Assembly: GCA_965645245.1 (NCBI GenBank)
Contig: OZ287068.1
Span: 620,001-684,000, forward strand
DNA length: 64,000 nucleotides
Origin: Massalongia carnosa
Taxonomy: Eukaryota
Direction: 5' to 3'
Part shown: piece after piece, positions 1-13,547 of the stretch
How the letters are laid out: the number at the start of each line of letters is the position of its first letter
How positions within the stretch are numbered: position 1 is the first letter of the stretch
Position numbers and translations under genes: made by a program
The notes under the pieces: generated by a model
The model's database searches: none
What the model was told of the DNA's origin: nothing
What the model saw: the letters and a program-made list of their open reading frames with translations, nothing else

Positions 1-3000
1 TCATAGCAAAGATCAGAGAGAACCCATCTAACGTCAATCGTGAAGAACTAATAGGGAAAGTCAGAGAATACAAGAGGCAAATCGATATATGGCAGAGCGA
101 ATGCAATGTGAATTACCTGATGTGGTCGTTAATGTTGGAAGGTGAAATCAATGAACTAGATGGAAATCATCATAATGCCATTCAAGCTTACGAGGCTGCA
201 ATCGACCATACCATGCTACACGACTTTGTACTCGAGCAAGCATTAGCGATTGAGCTACAGGGGGGGTTTTACATACGTCGGGGCGCCAAACGAGCCGCAC
301 GTTCCATGTTGTTGGATTCCATCTTCATTTATTCACGAATTAATGCTAACGGAAAGTCTTCTCAACTCAAGGAAAAACACGAATGGGTGCTAAATGGGAC
401 CTCAACTATGCGCACTGCGGATGTCGGGGTACAGACAGCAAGCACCATTGGTGAAATTGGTAACACTCAATATCGCATCGAAGAGAATGAGCGCCAGGAG
501 ACACGAAATCTGGGTCGAGAAACTGCTGGTGATCGCACAAAAGCCTGGGTCGCCCCGGAATCTCCTACTAGAAACTCATCGAAGAGACAAGACTCCGTCG
601 CAAGCCCGGACACGTCCGGGCTGGGACTAGATGTACTTGATCTTCAGAGTATTCTCGAATTCAATCAAGCAATCTCCTCTGAGCTACAGATAGATCGCCT
701 ATTAGCTCAAATGACTGGGATCATTTTGGAAAGTGCTGGTGCACAGGCCGATTTTGCTGCAGTGGTTATTGAAGGGGAAGGAGGTTGGTGTATTGCCGCT
801 AGTGGCACAGCAGACAAAATCTTATCAGAGGTGAGCGCTTCGGCCCTGAAAAGCTATAGCAATGCTAATATTCACAGGCTGTGCCTCTTTCAGAAATCCA
901 GGATGAAACGCAAAAGCAAGTTCTACTATATACCATGCGGTTCAAGGAGATTGTTTTCGTCCGTAATGTGGTTCATGATGATAGGTTTTGCAACACGCCA
1001 TCCATCAAGTCGGTTATATCTCTGCCTATTATCCAAGGGAGCGATCTGTTAGGAGTACTCTATTTAGTAAGTCTATCTGTTCTAAGACAAAGCAGTTTTC
1101 GAATTAGACTTAGTTGAAATAAACAATAAATCCAAACACCTATTCGACGTATTCTTTGTATACGGGTAATCTAAGCTAATTTTCTGCTAGGAAGGTCAGC
1201 CCAATTCTTTCACAGATCGTAACCTTGGTGTACTACAGTTACTCTGTAACCAGGTTGGTATCTCGATTTCCAACGCTCTTCTTTTTAGGCGGATTAGAAA
1301 AGTCTCAGCTTTAAATACTAGCATGATAGAGTCACAGAAGCGCGCTCTAGCTAAGGCTCGAGAAGCCGAGACCAAGGCCAAACTTGCTGAAGCTGAAGCA
1401 ATGAGGAATGCAAAAGCGAAGTCTATATTTTTGGCGAATGTTTCCCATGAACTCCGGACTCCTCTGAATGGTGTCATTGGTATGTCAGAGCTGCTTAAAG
1501 CTACGTCTCTGAACAGGGAACAAGACGGATACGCCGATTCTATCCGTGTCTGTGCAGGTAAGAGTATTCCCGTATATCCATTAGAAGTTATATATTGATG
1601 TTGGAAGATACGCTATTGACGGTCATCAACGACATCCTCGACTTTTCAAAGCTGGAGGCAGGAAAGATGAAACTCTTTAGCGTGCCGCTGAATCTTAGAG
1701 ATACCATTACCGAAGTAGTTCGAGCTTTATCATACACTAATATCGAACGTGGTTTGCAGACCATAGAAGATTTAGACCTGGACTCAACAACGCTGGTATT
1801 TGGCGATCCTGTCCGATTGCACCAAATCATCATGAACCTGCTTAGCAACAGCTATAAGTTTACTGCCAAAGGCTCTGTGACGGTACGATCCCGGACCGAA
1901 TGCGAAAATGATGAAATCATTCGCGTTACCTTTTCCGTGACGGATACGGGAATTGGTATCACACAAGAGCAAGTCTCTAGGCTTTTCAGGCCCTTTTCTC
2001 AAGCTGACAGCAGTACACAACGGTCCTACGGTGGAAGCGGGCTTGGATTATCCATCTGCAAAGCGCTCGTGAATGTTCTCAAGGGGAAGATTTGGCTTGA
2101 AAGCCAAATAGGAGTCGGCACTACCGTGTTCTTCACCATCACATTTCCTAAAGCTGTAAAGGCTGCTGTTACTGATAACCCCGAGATTTCTGCCAAGCAT
2201 CCAGATCCCATGGCAACCTGGTCATCGGACACGGATGGAATAGTCTCCAGCACCTCCATCGCCTCGTATTTCGATCTCACCCAAATACCACGTCATCTAA
2301 TTCGCATATGCGTTGCAGAAGACAATCCAATTAACCAAAAAATTGCTGTCTCCTTTGTTACCAAGCTAGGATTAAAATGTGAGGCATTCAGTGATGGCCT
2401 GCAGGCCGTAGAGGCACTTCGCCGCGGATCAAAGGAACGTCAACCTTTTCATCTGGTGCTTATGGACGTGCAAATGCCGGTGCTCGGGGGCTACGAGGCG
2501 ACACAGTTGATCCGGAAAGATGACGATCCAGCGGTCCGTGGCGTTCTGATCATCGCTATGACAGCTTCTGCGATTCGAGGGGATCGCGAGAAATGCCTAC
2601 AAGCGGGCATGAATGATTATCTTGCGAAGCCTGTGCGCGCGGCGGTACTTAAGTCGATGCTGGAGATTTATCTTACACGGTCGTCGATAACCACACCGAG
2701 TCTACAAGGAACACCTGCTACGACCACGACCACTGCTGCTCGAAACGGCCTGGACGAAAGTGTGCAAGACAGGAAAAAACTCAAAGACCCAAACGCACGG
2801 CCAGAAATCTTGAAAAGCCCGAATTCCCGCAACGAAGAGCCTTCCGATTTACAATCCTCAATGACTTCGCCGCAGCTGATGAATCAAAATGGCATTAGTG
2901 CAGCCAATCTTCCGCCTCTTCAGACTTCAAACGGCGCAGCGGACGAGATACTCCCTGTGAGGCCATCTAAGCATCTCAATAAAACCAGCAGCAATGCCAG

Positions 3001-3127
3001 CGATGAGACTATCACACAAGCCACTCGTGCGAGACTTTCTAGCGACGGCGATAATTCCCTTGCATCTTCTGATCCTCCATCTCCTCCACTCCGCCTTTCA
3101 TCGCGCTCGGGGCTCGAAAAGAACTGA
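1..3127 (+). CDS. Hybrid histidine kinase, 3' part (GAF-HisKA-HATPase-REC); probably the large group X (Chk1/PhkA-type) kinase; 5' end lies outside the window
   Basis: Exons <1-830, 878-1066, 1191-1557 and 1608-3127 join in frame via GT-AG introns. Motifs: [19 protein letters not shown] (GAF entry), [15 protein letters not shown] (H-box), [25 protein letters not shown], receiver [17 protein letters not shown]. Confidence 0.92.
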
Positions 3128-6100
3128 GATGATGAATCGTAGCTAGAATCGACCTGGACAACGATCCTAGAGGTTGGTTTGTTTTTCTGCCTTTAGTCAT
3201 ATAAATGAAGCAAATGCATAAGCGTTGGCGTTTTTCGCTTTAAGAAAAGTATAATGGGAAGGAGGGCTGGGTCTTGAAGGGGGGTCTAGCTGACGGCATA
3301 CCTGCCTCGGCGATTTTCCGATACCGCGGTGGAAGAAACAAAGAGATAGATGCAGCACAACCCGCTCGGTGGAGTTCCGTGTTATGTTTGTCTGTTAATG
3401 GTAAGGTTTATGGGGGCACCTTATTCATTTTTGGCGCAAGTGGTGTTCATTAAGGAAGAATGCTAGCTTCCGAGATTTTTTGTATAGAAAAATAATACGG
3501 AATAAGAAATAATGGCCTGTAGCGGCATGGAGGGAGGGAATGTACATATATGACACTGAGCAAGATTATAAGAATTACATGTCTTACATGTAAACTTTCT
3601 TTTAAAGATAGGCGATTCATGAGCGGGAGTGAATCGAAATGGACAGAAAGGATTTCTTATTTTTCTTTGATCCACTCAAGATTCCTTGAAGAGAAGAATT
3701 GGCTACAAGAACATCATCCTGTTGTTCTACATTTACATGCAAGGTGGCTCACAGCTCGGTCCAGCCACCTATCTTTGTCAATCGTCATTTCGGTCTAGAA
3801 CAAGATGGTCGGCAAGATAATATCCGCAGGGAAGAATCGATTGACGCAAAAAAAAAACGCATGATTGACTGAATGACGAAGCACTTGAATGACCGGATGA
3901 GTGGCTACTGTTTAGGAATGAGTGGTTTCCAACCGAAAATCGGGGCTTGAAGCAGCAATTAAACAGACATCTGAGACATGAGCCATGGGATTCAAACCCA
4001 GCGGGCAAGCAAAATCAGTCAGCATCTTGGAGCACATATACAGTCTCTAACCTAACAGACCCAGGTACCTGAGCACGGAGATGAAGTCAACGCACGAAGC
4101 CTGCTGCATACAAAGTAGGATAGGTATGAAAAGAAAGAGGCGACCAACTCGATAGCATGGATGGATATTAACCCAAAGCCTGCAGAGCTTACATAGCCAC
4201 TGATTAGTACAGGCAGATATGATATGCACGTCATTCGTTCGATGTAGTCGGGATGCAGGATGATTCGATGATTGGGCTGCTTTACGACCATGGATATGTC
4301 TCATGTTGGGGGGACTCGATGGCTTGCATGCTTGGTAACTCTGGGCAGTGGGCTTCTTCGTCGAGGTGCCGAAGGAATTTCAACAGGCACCGGCAGGTGG
4401 GGCAAAAGTGGTCACCTTCAAGCGTCGTTCAGCTCCGTTAGTGACGCCAAGCAGGGAACTTTCCACCCCTACGAGTGAATTAGCTACACCGAGCAGTTCG
4501 TCTTAAACCGCCGCAATTGCTACTCGTCAAGCCTTACGCGAGCAAATAGCCCCTAAACAAAATGTAAACCCTGACGACCACCTCGGCTTTGCCCGGCTTG
4601 GTAACCTCGTGCAAGAGGTCCAATCCCTAGAATGATGCGATCGATAGCACCCCGACCCCTAGCTCCGGGAATATATGAACCAGAGGAGTAAAGCGTACGA
4701 GGTATCGCGCCCTGGGGATTCCAGTTAAATTCCAGATCGACCTTTTCCTCGTCAGTCAAAGGAAAGATTTGGAGTCTTGGAGGTTGGCGCACACAAAACG
4801 GGCAAGTCTAAGAGAGTGGATGATGCATGGCGCATAGGTTTCGGGGGTCGATTTCCGAGGTTGAAATGGGTGGATCGGTGTTTCCTGGCGACCACACGCG
4901 ACCAAAGGAGACGAATGGGCGTTTTGATGGCTGATGTCGATCACGCCGCTTACAAGGGCGATGCTGGTTGTGGCGGCCGATCGACAGCGCTACCAAAACA
5001 GGGCGTGCTTCGCACGCGCAAGCTTTGCTGCTCCACAAGCGAATAACTTCAATGGCTTTGATCATCGATTAAGCGAAGCAGGAAAAGATATCTGGGATGG
5101 GATCTGTTCATTGGTAATGAAGTTCTAACATCTCATGCTTCTCGGCTTCTGCGACACCTATGGGGGGATGAGTGAAGGGTATAGTTAGCTCCTAAGTTGT
5201 GTTGTTCCATCGGGGGGTCATAACCTGTTTCCGTACTGGTGTTGGAGCCGGTCGATGGGTATTCACGGACCCGTACCGATTGGTGCCACAGTCAAGGGCG
5301 GCTATGTGGCTCAAAGGATTTGTAGCGAATGCCTTCACGAGAACAATAGATACACACAATGGGATATCATGAGGGTGATCATGATGAATGACCCACAGCC
5401 AATGATGATGTCTCGTTCTGCCTTGCGTGATAGGCGTTGAGATGGGCGACTCGATGGGCCAATGGTTACATCCGTACGGATTATGTGACCGATGAAGTTT
5501 TACGTTTTATGTCTACATCTGTTGTGCGCTTCCAACTACCGTAGGCTCTTCGCCCTGGTAGAAAAAAAAATCATTTGAAAAGAGAGCCCAAAAAAAAAAA
5601 GACTCACGGTGCCGCATGCAGCATGCAACGGTTGAAGCAGACACTCGCCCTGTATGCATGTATCCTGCGGTGAATTCACTGCCGAGAAGATCTGATCAAG
5701 TGTACTTTGTATCATAGGATGCCGATGATGCTTGGCCGGCGGTTCCTTGGGATAAGGTGGCTACACACTGGCGGATACTTGATACCAATTCTCCGATTTC
5801 TCCACCAGCACACGTTGGTAACATCGCTGGATGTCACAAGGGTTGGAAATCACATCGCTGGAAACAGGCAGGTCGCTACCTGTCAGACTAACGTCAATGT
5901 CTGCAGCGATGCTGAGATTGTTTCTCAGCTTCTTTGGTCCTTTCATTATTAGAGAGCACTGCACCTCATCACCATTGTCTTTTGTTTTCGGACGAGCAGT
6001 CCGAATGATTGGGTGAAGTTGATAGCATCCAAGGCATGCGGTGACATAACGCACGGGTCCAGGAATTGCGCCAGCGATACAGAAGTACAGCGGACTTGGT

Positions 6101-6554
6101 CATATCATTCCCTACTCCCCGAGCGTACAGAGTAGTTTTATTCCCTCGATTTATTCACACGCGATCAACCCAGGTCACGAGATCGTCGCTAATACCCTCG
6201 TTTTTTTATTTTTTAAATTAATTTCAGTCCCAACGTATGCACCGTTTCGAAGCTTTTGCATCATCACTCCCTATTGCCTCTCACACCGGTCCAAGCGTCG
6301 GTCTGCGCCTCTGGGGAACCTCGACACCTCACCGCGAAGACCTGAAGACCTGGGGATCTGGGGACACGGATGATCCAACGCACGTACGGTATTGTATCAC
6401 CAAACATTAAATATTGCTTACCCGTATCTTGGTACGGAGGACAGAAACAAACGGGTTATCATTTGAAATATCGGATGGACGGTTATCGTGGGTTACTTTA
6501 ACTTTTACAACCGGATCTCGGGGATGGATCCTAGTCTTGGGAGATGTGGGAGAT

Positions 6555-6636
6555 GCAGCAAATGCAGCAAATGCAGCAAATGCAGCATATGCAGCATATG
6601 CAGCACGATATGCAGCAAATGACCGCGCAGCAGCAG
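6555..6636. repeat. Degenerate 9-bp tandem repeat (GCAGCAAAT / GCAGCATAT)
   Basis: Directly visible: gcagcaaat x3, gcagcatat x2, then decaying copies. Confidence 0.85.
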
Positions 6637-8440
6637 AATGCGGTCCACAGCTAATTTGCTGAGTTGCTCCTCCAGGCTCAATCAAACCAGATCCTCGTTT
6701 CAAATCTTTTGCTGGATATGAAACCCATGAATTCGGGCATCAAGCCACCAAAGTATCTGTATGTAACTTGCCATTGGGTTATTACCGAGTACAGAGCGCT
6801 CTGTACTCGATGCCCCGTGATGCCCGGTCGCCTGAAGCCTGTACATAAGGGTCAACTTTTGTTCGTGGAGGACTGGATCAGGATCTGGATCAGGATCCGA
6901 CTTGCCCACAGAACAACCCCTCGCACTTCTGTACGGGAGACACGTAGGTAGGTAGGTCGGCAGGTGGGTAGGTCGGTAGGTACTCTGTACGCTGTAACGG
7001 ATACGGACTCGTCGGCGAGCATGGCACCAATCCGGCTATCGCGTAATTCGGATTCCCCTCAAGCCTTTGACCAAAGCAGTCACAACCGATGAGGTGGCTA
7101 CGTAACAGGTTCTCCCTCAATCAATCCCGTGGTCCCTTAGCCCAAGGGCCTTAGGCTTCCCCCTTTCCCTCCCCGTGACTTGGGGCTTTTTCGTACCATG
7201 TATCTCCATACCCAAGCAGTTAGAACCGCGTCACGAAAGACGGGTAAAAAAGTAACGAACCGGAGTTGGGACCCATCGGACCACCCAACAGAAAAAGTCA
7301 ATGAAAAAAAAAAGGCAGAAGAAGCGCGTGGAATGGGGAAAGCGAAAAAACGCTGCTGTCGACCTCACTAAACCTCATCCCTCTGTTCGCGCGCTCTCGC
7401 AGTCCTGTACGGAGTAGGGATCAGTCATCCAGTGGATGTGTGCGCTAAGTGCCTTGCTCACTATGTCCTGCCAACCTGGCGTGACGTGATCCAGCCTGCC
7501 TGATTGGACGAGAGAAGTCTTTTATGTTCCCTTTTTCCTTCGATGCGATCACCTCGGATTCTGCTCTTCTCATCTCTCAGGACGCTTGGGATATCATATC
7601 ATATATCTTCATAAACCATCTCATACATCAATCATGATAGCGATGATGATCGCGGACCACTCCGATCACTCAACAGTGAAATGAATGCCTCCCCTCACCG
7701 GCCTCGTCCTGCCTTGCTTCGCCCTGCGTCGCCTCACCCGTTACAGAGTACCCTTCGAGTCCCCTGTTTGAGGGAAGCTCTCTACGGAGAACCCATCCCA
7801 CTAGACTAGGCACTGCGACCTCATCACCACCACCGACCACGATTTAACCCTTGACCCTTTCCGCACTTCTTCTCTCTCCCCCAATCAACGTCCATGCCGC
7901 TGCCGAGCTGCAAATCATCTACTCCATCTGTCCTCTTATGCCCTACCCTTCTTCCTTAGTCTTATTAGCTTCCTTCGAGAACAAACGCCTCTTTTCCATT
8001 TCCCCCCCCCCCCTCTCCATCCCTAGTCCATCTCCGTTACGACATACCCAGCAGTGAATGCTACGCGCCCCCCCTTCAGGATCGGCTTTGCAGAGCATAG
8101 CCTGTTCCCTTTTTCAATCTCTATTTCTGAAGCGTTCAAAACAGGAAGGTTGCCACGACACGGCTTGCCCGCAAAAGGCATAGGCTTCTTACCTCATCTG
8201 GTCGATCCATCTTCAACGGTCAAGGTCCAATCTGGTATTCAAGAAAGCCACAATCCCATAAGATCGTCCGCCCTCATTTCAGTCTCGATCATCCTCGACT
8301 CCGCCAAGGTTGTATACATATTCATCTTGTATTTCCTTTCTCGCCCCCGAAAACCCCCCTCCCCTTCTTTCCCCCCCCCTCCCCCCCCCAACCCATATCC
8401 TGGCAGTATTGTCGTCTCATAAGACCCGAAGTCGCGCCTT

Positions 8441-9964
8441 ATGTTGCTTACGCTTAAACCGACGCTACAGAACGGGTTTAGCCCTCATGCGTACTCACCT
8501 CCGGCACGCTTTGCATCCCCCTCAACATTTCCCACCGCGGGATCTCTCCCTCTGCTGGACAGCACACCACGCAGGATGAGCACTCATCCTCGCGGACTAC
8601 CGCCGCCTTCGGCGATGACCTTGCCCACGCCAGATCGAATCCCTCCACCCAGCAGTCTCCCCATGGGTGCACTACCTGCGGCACCGTCACAGTGGCAAGG
8701 TGCGGATGAGTCGATGCGAAACTGGCTGCAAGCGAAATCCGAGGAAGATCGACGGAAACAAGAGGAGGAGCGAAGTCGACAAGAAAGTTACCGGCTGGAA
8801 ACGCGTAAGATCGAACAAACCATGTTGCGAGAGTCTCTGGCCGGCGGTGTTCCACCGTACATGGTGCCGATGGTGTTTGCAGGTATCGGTGGCGCTAACT
8901 TGGCCAACGCGAGCTTGGAATGGGCACAGCATTACATGGCACAGATCAGTCTACAGCAGCAGGTTCAGCTACAGCAGCAGCAGCAGCAGCAGCAACAACA
9001 ACAACAGCAGCAGCAGCAGCAACAGCAACAAGTTCAACCACAAGTGCAAGTGTCTCCGGAGCAACGCCGAGATAATCGAATGGTCGTGGGGCCTCAGCCA
9101 AACCCATACGGACCGCAGCAAATGCAACAATCAGCGCCGACGGTTCCGTTGCAGACTCCGCAGCAACTTCCCTCTCAGTCACAGCCAGGCACGAGTTTTG
9201 TTTCCTCGTACCAACTGGGTTCGGCCGCGGAGCGCGCACGAACACAACAACCCACTTTACAAGCCGCCCCGCCCACATCAGCTCCCCGACCGCCGCTATC
9301 AACATCATTACCACGGCTGAACACGGTGGAAATGCAAATCCAGCCGCCACCAACCGGTCCTGCGAGTCTACAGCTGCCAGGCCAGCATCCTCTCCAGCAG
9401 GCACAGAGTGCCCAGCCATCAGATCAGCAGCCATCTTCCTCCCCGACCATCTATTTTCATCATTGGGTTCCCCCCACTACGCAAGCGGGTGGCAAGGACC
9501 CTTCAACCCCGTCCGGGAAGAGCCAGCACGAATCTCCGTACTCGCAGAGCCAGGGCTCCCATCTACGTTCGGAGTACGCTAGTTCTCCGAAGAAGCGAAA
9601 AGCCACAGGAGCGCACCAGCCGGCGCCCCCTCCCACGTCGAACCCTCCGGACACATCCCCGTCCTTCTCCCACACCTCTTCAGCTTCGACATCTGGCCGG
9701 CGACGTGGTCACTCTCGGCAACGCAGCGATGCTTCATCACGGGCGATGCAGGAGCAGGCAGGCCTGCGCCATCGGCCGGTCGACCGTACAGAAAGTGGGC
9801 GGCAAAGCCTGTCCGAGGCCGAAAGTGGAAGCCAACGGCACAACTCGGCGCAACCTGAAACACGCCAAGTTCAGCAGCATCCGACCGGTTCGGAAATGAG
9901 ACCAGAATTACGAGACGTAAACGAGCGACACAGCCCAAAACGGGAATCGGAAGCGCCATCATAG
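8441..9964 (+). CDS. Gln/Pro/Ser-rich protein of unknown function with a short charged helical core
   Basis: Single 507-aa ATG ORF. Core WLQAKSEEDRRKQEEERSRQESYRLETRKIEQTMLRESLAGGVPPYMVPMVFAG, motif SPTIYFHHWVPP, basic SPKKRK (NLS-like) and a polyQ tract. Confidence 0.85.
   Translation: MLLTLKPTLQNGFSPHAYSPPARFASPSTFPTAGSLPLLDSTPRRMSTHPRGLPPPSAMTLPTPDRIPPPSSLPMGALPAAPSQWQGADESMRNWLQAKSEEDRRKQEEERSRQESYRLETRKIEQTMLRESLAGGVPPYMVPMVFAGIGGANLANASLEWAQHYMAQISLQQQVQLQQQQQQQQQQQQQQQQQQQQVQPQVQVSPEQRRDNRMVVGPQPNPYGPQQMQQSAPTVPLQTPQQLPSQSQPGTSFVSSYQLGSAAERARTQQPTLQAAPPTSAPRPPLSTSLPRLNTVEMQIQPPPTGPASLQLPGQHPLQQAQSAQPSDQQPSSSPTIYFHHWVPPTTQAGGKDPSTPSGKSQHESPYSQSQGSHLRSEYASSPKKRKATGAHQPAPPPTSNPPDTSPSFSHTSSASTSGRRRGHSRQRSDASSRAMQEQAGLRHRPVDRTESGRQSLSEAESGSQRHNSAQPETRQVQQHPTGSEMRPELRDVNERHSPKRESEAPS
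8954..9032 (+). repeat. CAG/CAA trinucleotide repeat encoding polyQ
   Basis: Run of cag/caa codons in frame within the 8441-9964 ORF. Confidence 0.9.
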
Positions 9965-12900
9965 GAGCGATGCAACCTGCCAAGCGGGGCCACGACATGA
10001 ATTTTATCCTGAAGGGGTTTTTTAGCATTCAACGGATTTAGGTTCTTATTTTGTCTTTGATTTGTATCATATTCGGGACGCTATTTTTACATTTTCCCTC
10101 GAACGTCTTTTTTTTTGGGAATACCCTTTCTGCGTTTGTTCGCTTCTCCCCAAAAAGAATGCCGCATCGATTGCGGTTCCGTCAACACTGGCATGTTCGA
10201 TAGCATCTTCTGTTCTCTTCTCCCACCCTGGTGGTCTGTTCCCGTTCTGCCGCAGGTCTCGTCATTTCGCATCTGATGTGATGTTTTACATCGGTGTCCT
10301 GGGTTGACCCTTTATTGTACCATAAAGTAGCATTCTATATGGCGCGGGCGGTATCCACGCAGGCGCAAGCCATTTTGCATCAGACTGTTTCTGCCGCTCT
10401 GCAAGTTCGATATAACTGACCATGACCCTTCGTTCGAATCCATGTCCGCTGCTGCCCCTAGTCCGGAAGGAGATCATGACCGGTTCGGGGTGAAGGTGGA
10501 AATTGCAAGGACCAACGATTATGTGTTGACATGGTCATTGCATCATCGCTTTTCAAGATACCTACTGCCTAGGTACCAGGTACCCGGTACCTACTTTCCT
10601 ACCTGCCTGGGCATGTGTGGATTGGATTACCTAACGGCAAAAGGGAACAGAGCGATCTAGTTCTGCGGGGGGATCGTTCATCGGTGATCAGGGCATTCGT
10701 TGGAAGAGGCAGGGTGATGTGGAGATTAAATGCTCATTTCGGTAGGAGATCCTCCGTTTTTTGATAATGACACGTGCTAATCCTCACGTGACTGTCGGCT
10801 TCTAACCTTATCTGCACCTCGGAAGCGGTGGAGGTCTAACCCGAACGGTCAAGTAACCAATGCAGGTAGTTGCATGTACTTTGGAGAAAGCTAGTTCAGC
10901 AGAAGCGACAACGTCTAGAGGAGAGAAAGCATAATAGAAGTATGTGAAATTGTTCGACGAGTGATTGGTTGGTCGGCTGGGGTTGAAACCAGCCGTGCTG
11001 AAACCATACTAGCTACTTATGGCTAAAACACCGCAATGTAGCTGAGTTAGGGTTTGACGAACTGAACGACGAACGGGCGGGGTTTGCTTGATCAAGAGAC
11101 CTTCCTTTACCTATTGACGGGAGTATCTATGCATATCTTACTTACCTCCTTATGATCAGCGCGAAAGCTTCGACGGAATGGGTGGTCCTTGGAGCACGTC
11201 TGCCAGCCTCCTTGCAAGGCGCGTCAGAAGATCTTTCCTGGATGCATCAGGGCATGCAGCGTTTCCGTTTCCGTTTCCGTATTTCCTAGTCTCTCCTTTC
11301 TCCTCCGAAAGACCCAGCTTGCTCATCAGTAATAGAGTAGCTGTCTCGTTGCCGGTTGACCTGAGTCGATCTCCTTCTAGAAGCTTTAGATACTTTCTGA
11401 TGCATGAAAGGGGGCCAATGAAACTTCTCGCCAGCTTCTTTTTCTCCGCCGTGCTTGCCTTACAGGCCAGCTATTCGCTGACTGCTTCGCGGAACTTATA
11501 GTGGTATGCAGCAAACGTATTTCCATCTCATTGGTTCAGTTTGAAGCCTTCAGAAGTATCGTCAGCGATGATCCTCTGGAGTTGTGATGGTTGTCTGCTG
11601 TTGAGGGTGCTTTTTCATGGATCTTCGATTCGAATCTTGCGCTAAGTGCAGTAGTTCGGACTTGCAAGCAATCGTCGAAAGCTGTTGCCCTCATCCACTG
11701 TAATAAAGCGGTGTTCCCAATCCTCTTTCGGCCGACTTTAATCAACTGTGTTCTAGCTCCGGTAAACTCTTCAACGACTTTAGCTTCGGTTTTTTTCCTT
11801 TTTTTTCCCCTCAAAGGATCGTGTTTCCTAAATTTGTAGCCCATATATATTCATTCCTTCCATTCATCCCCCTTTGTCTAATCATCTATACGAAACCGCA
11901 AATCAATGAACCTTTCCCCGACGTTCTCTTCCCATACCGACTAGCCAATGGACGACTGATATTTTGCGAAATGTCCCCAGAGCCTCCTCATGAGACTTTT
12001 GGCTGGGGGGGGGGGCGCGGGGGTTTGATGTTTTCCGAAAATCTTTACATACCGATTCCGTTCCTCCCAGAAGCCGGCGAACGACTCGCTCCCTCCAACA
12101 ATTGAGCACTGAAAGCCTCGGTTTGTGCTTGTAAGATTCCCCAAGGGTCCAGGATCGTCCCGTATCGAGCGGGGTCGGTTTTGTCACACCACCTGCAGTC
12201 AGCAGCAGAGCATCGTCACAGAGCAGCTTTAGCATCAGCTTCACAAATCTCTCTTCCTCCCCCTTCCCATTCAACCAATCTTTTCGGTCCCCCATCATCA
12301 TTCAAGGCCAGGCGAGGCTCTGAAAACCGGGCTCTCCTGCCCCTGGATCGCCGGGAAACATCTTTCTGGATTAATCTCAAAAATCGAGTAAAGCATCTCC
12401 CCCACAGAAAAGAGCCAGGCAGGGACTAACTTAGCCCACCTCGAGGCGCTCATGGGGTTTGTCCGCATTCCCAGCGCGCGTTGAACTACCGCGCAGCACC
12501 CGAGGATAGCGTTTTTGCAGCAAAAAGACGGAAAGCTATATAACAAGAACCCCCCCCCCCCCACCGATTGCTAGTATAAGTATGTATGTAATTTGCCCAG
12601 GAATTCCTCGGTGAGAGTTTCGGACTAGTAGGCGGCGACGCTTTCATTTTGATGTTCCTCTCCACTTTTTGGCGCCAGCTTTCGATTTCCAGGGTCTCCT
12701 AGATACTCTACTTCTGTTACTTTCCCCCATTTCTCTCCCTCTACTAGATTCCCCAAGATCCGTTAGCCAGCAAGCATCTCGCCATGATCCGTTAGGGGGC
12801 TCTATACGACGACTGGAACGGGACTCTCGACGACCACCGGCATGGTCAAGCTTTGTATGATACGTACTTCTTGTTGTTTTGCCAACTAACCAACCACTCT

Positions 12901-13547
12901 ATGTGCATATTAGTGAAGTCGGTCTTCTACCCACAAGCAGAGATACATAGATACGAATACCCCTTACCACAACGGTAATCAGTCAAATAAACCTTCCTCC
13001 CCCCCCCTTAAAAACCACAACCTCAACACCTCACACGACACCGACGACAGTAAGATCCGTTTCCCCCCCCCTCCTCTTTGCCTGTATACCACTACTTTGA
13101 ACCTCCCCGGTCCAAAACCCCTGGTCCAAAACCATCCATCCACCTATCACGGAGAAACCTGGCCCGTTTAGGCTCGAGGTTGAATCTCTCTAAGTTTTGT
13201 CCTTCTGTTGTGTTAAGAGCCTTTGGCTACCCCGTATAGCAGCCGATGAGCTTTTGCAAAGGGGTTGATTCAAAAGTCTGAGCTAGAGCCAGCGAGCTTT
13301 TGCAGAAGATCAGATATCACGGGGGTTGTTGACTCGGAATCCTAGGCCGGAGCCAGCGATTTCTTGGGAAAAGGGTTGGTGATAGCTTTTCACATAGTTA
13401 AAGAGCCATTTGTATTTGCAAGGCACGTTCTTTTCATATGCTGGTCTGGCTAGGTAGTATAGTTTAGTCTAGCATGATACAGAAGAGGATGGAATAATTG
13501 CGCCCTTACGCCGATTGCCTGTACAGAGAGGGGATGACATGCGCATG

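Noticed and set aside
4047..5128. Several overlapping 60-90 aa ORFs
   Set aside because: No recognisable motif, consistent splice pattern or codon bias; cannot be supported as genes.
6407..6703. Ala-rich ORFs on both strands
   Set aside because: Artefact of the 9-bp tandem repeat.
8054..8422. 122-aa ORF upstream of the polyQ gene
   Set aside because: Non-ATG start and low complexity; more likely 5' UTR or promoter sequence.
11418..11501. Signal-peptide-like MKLLASFFFSAVLALQA
   Set aside because: Stops after 27 codons and no convincing spliced continuation was found.
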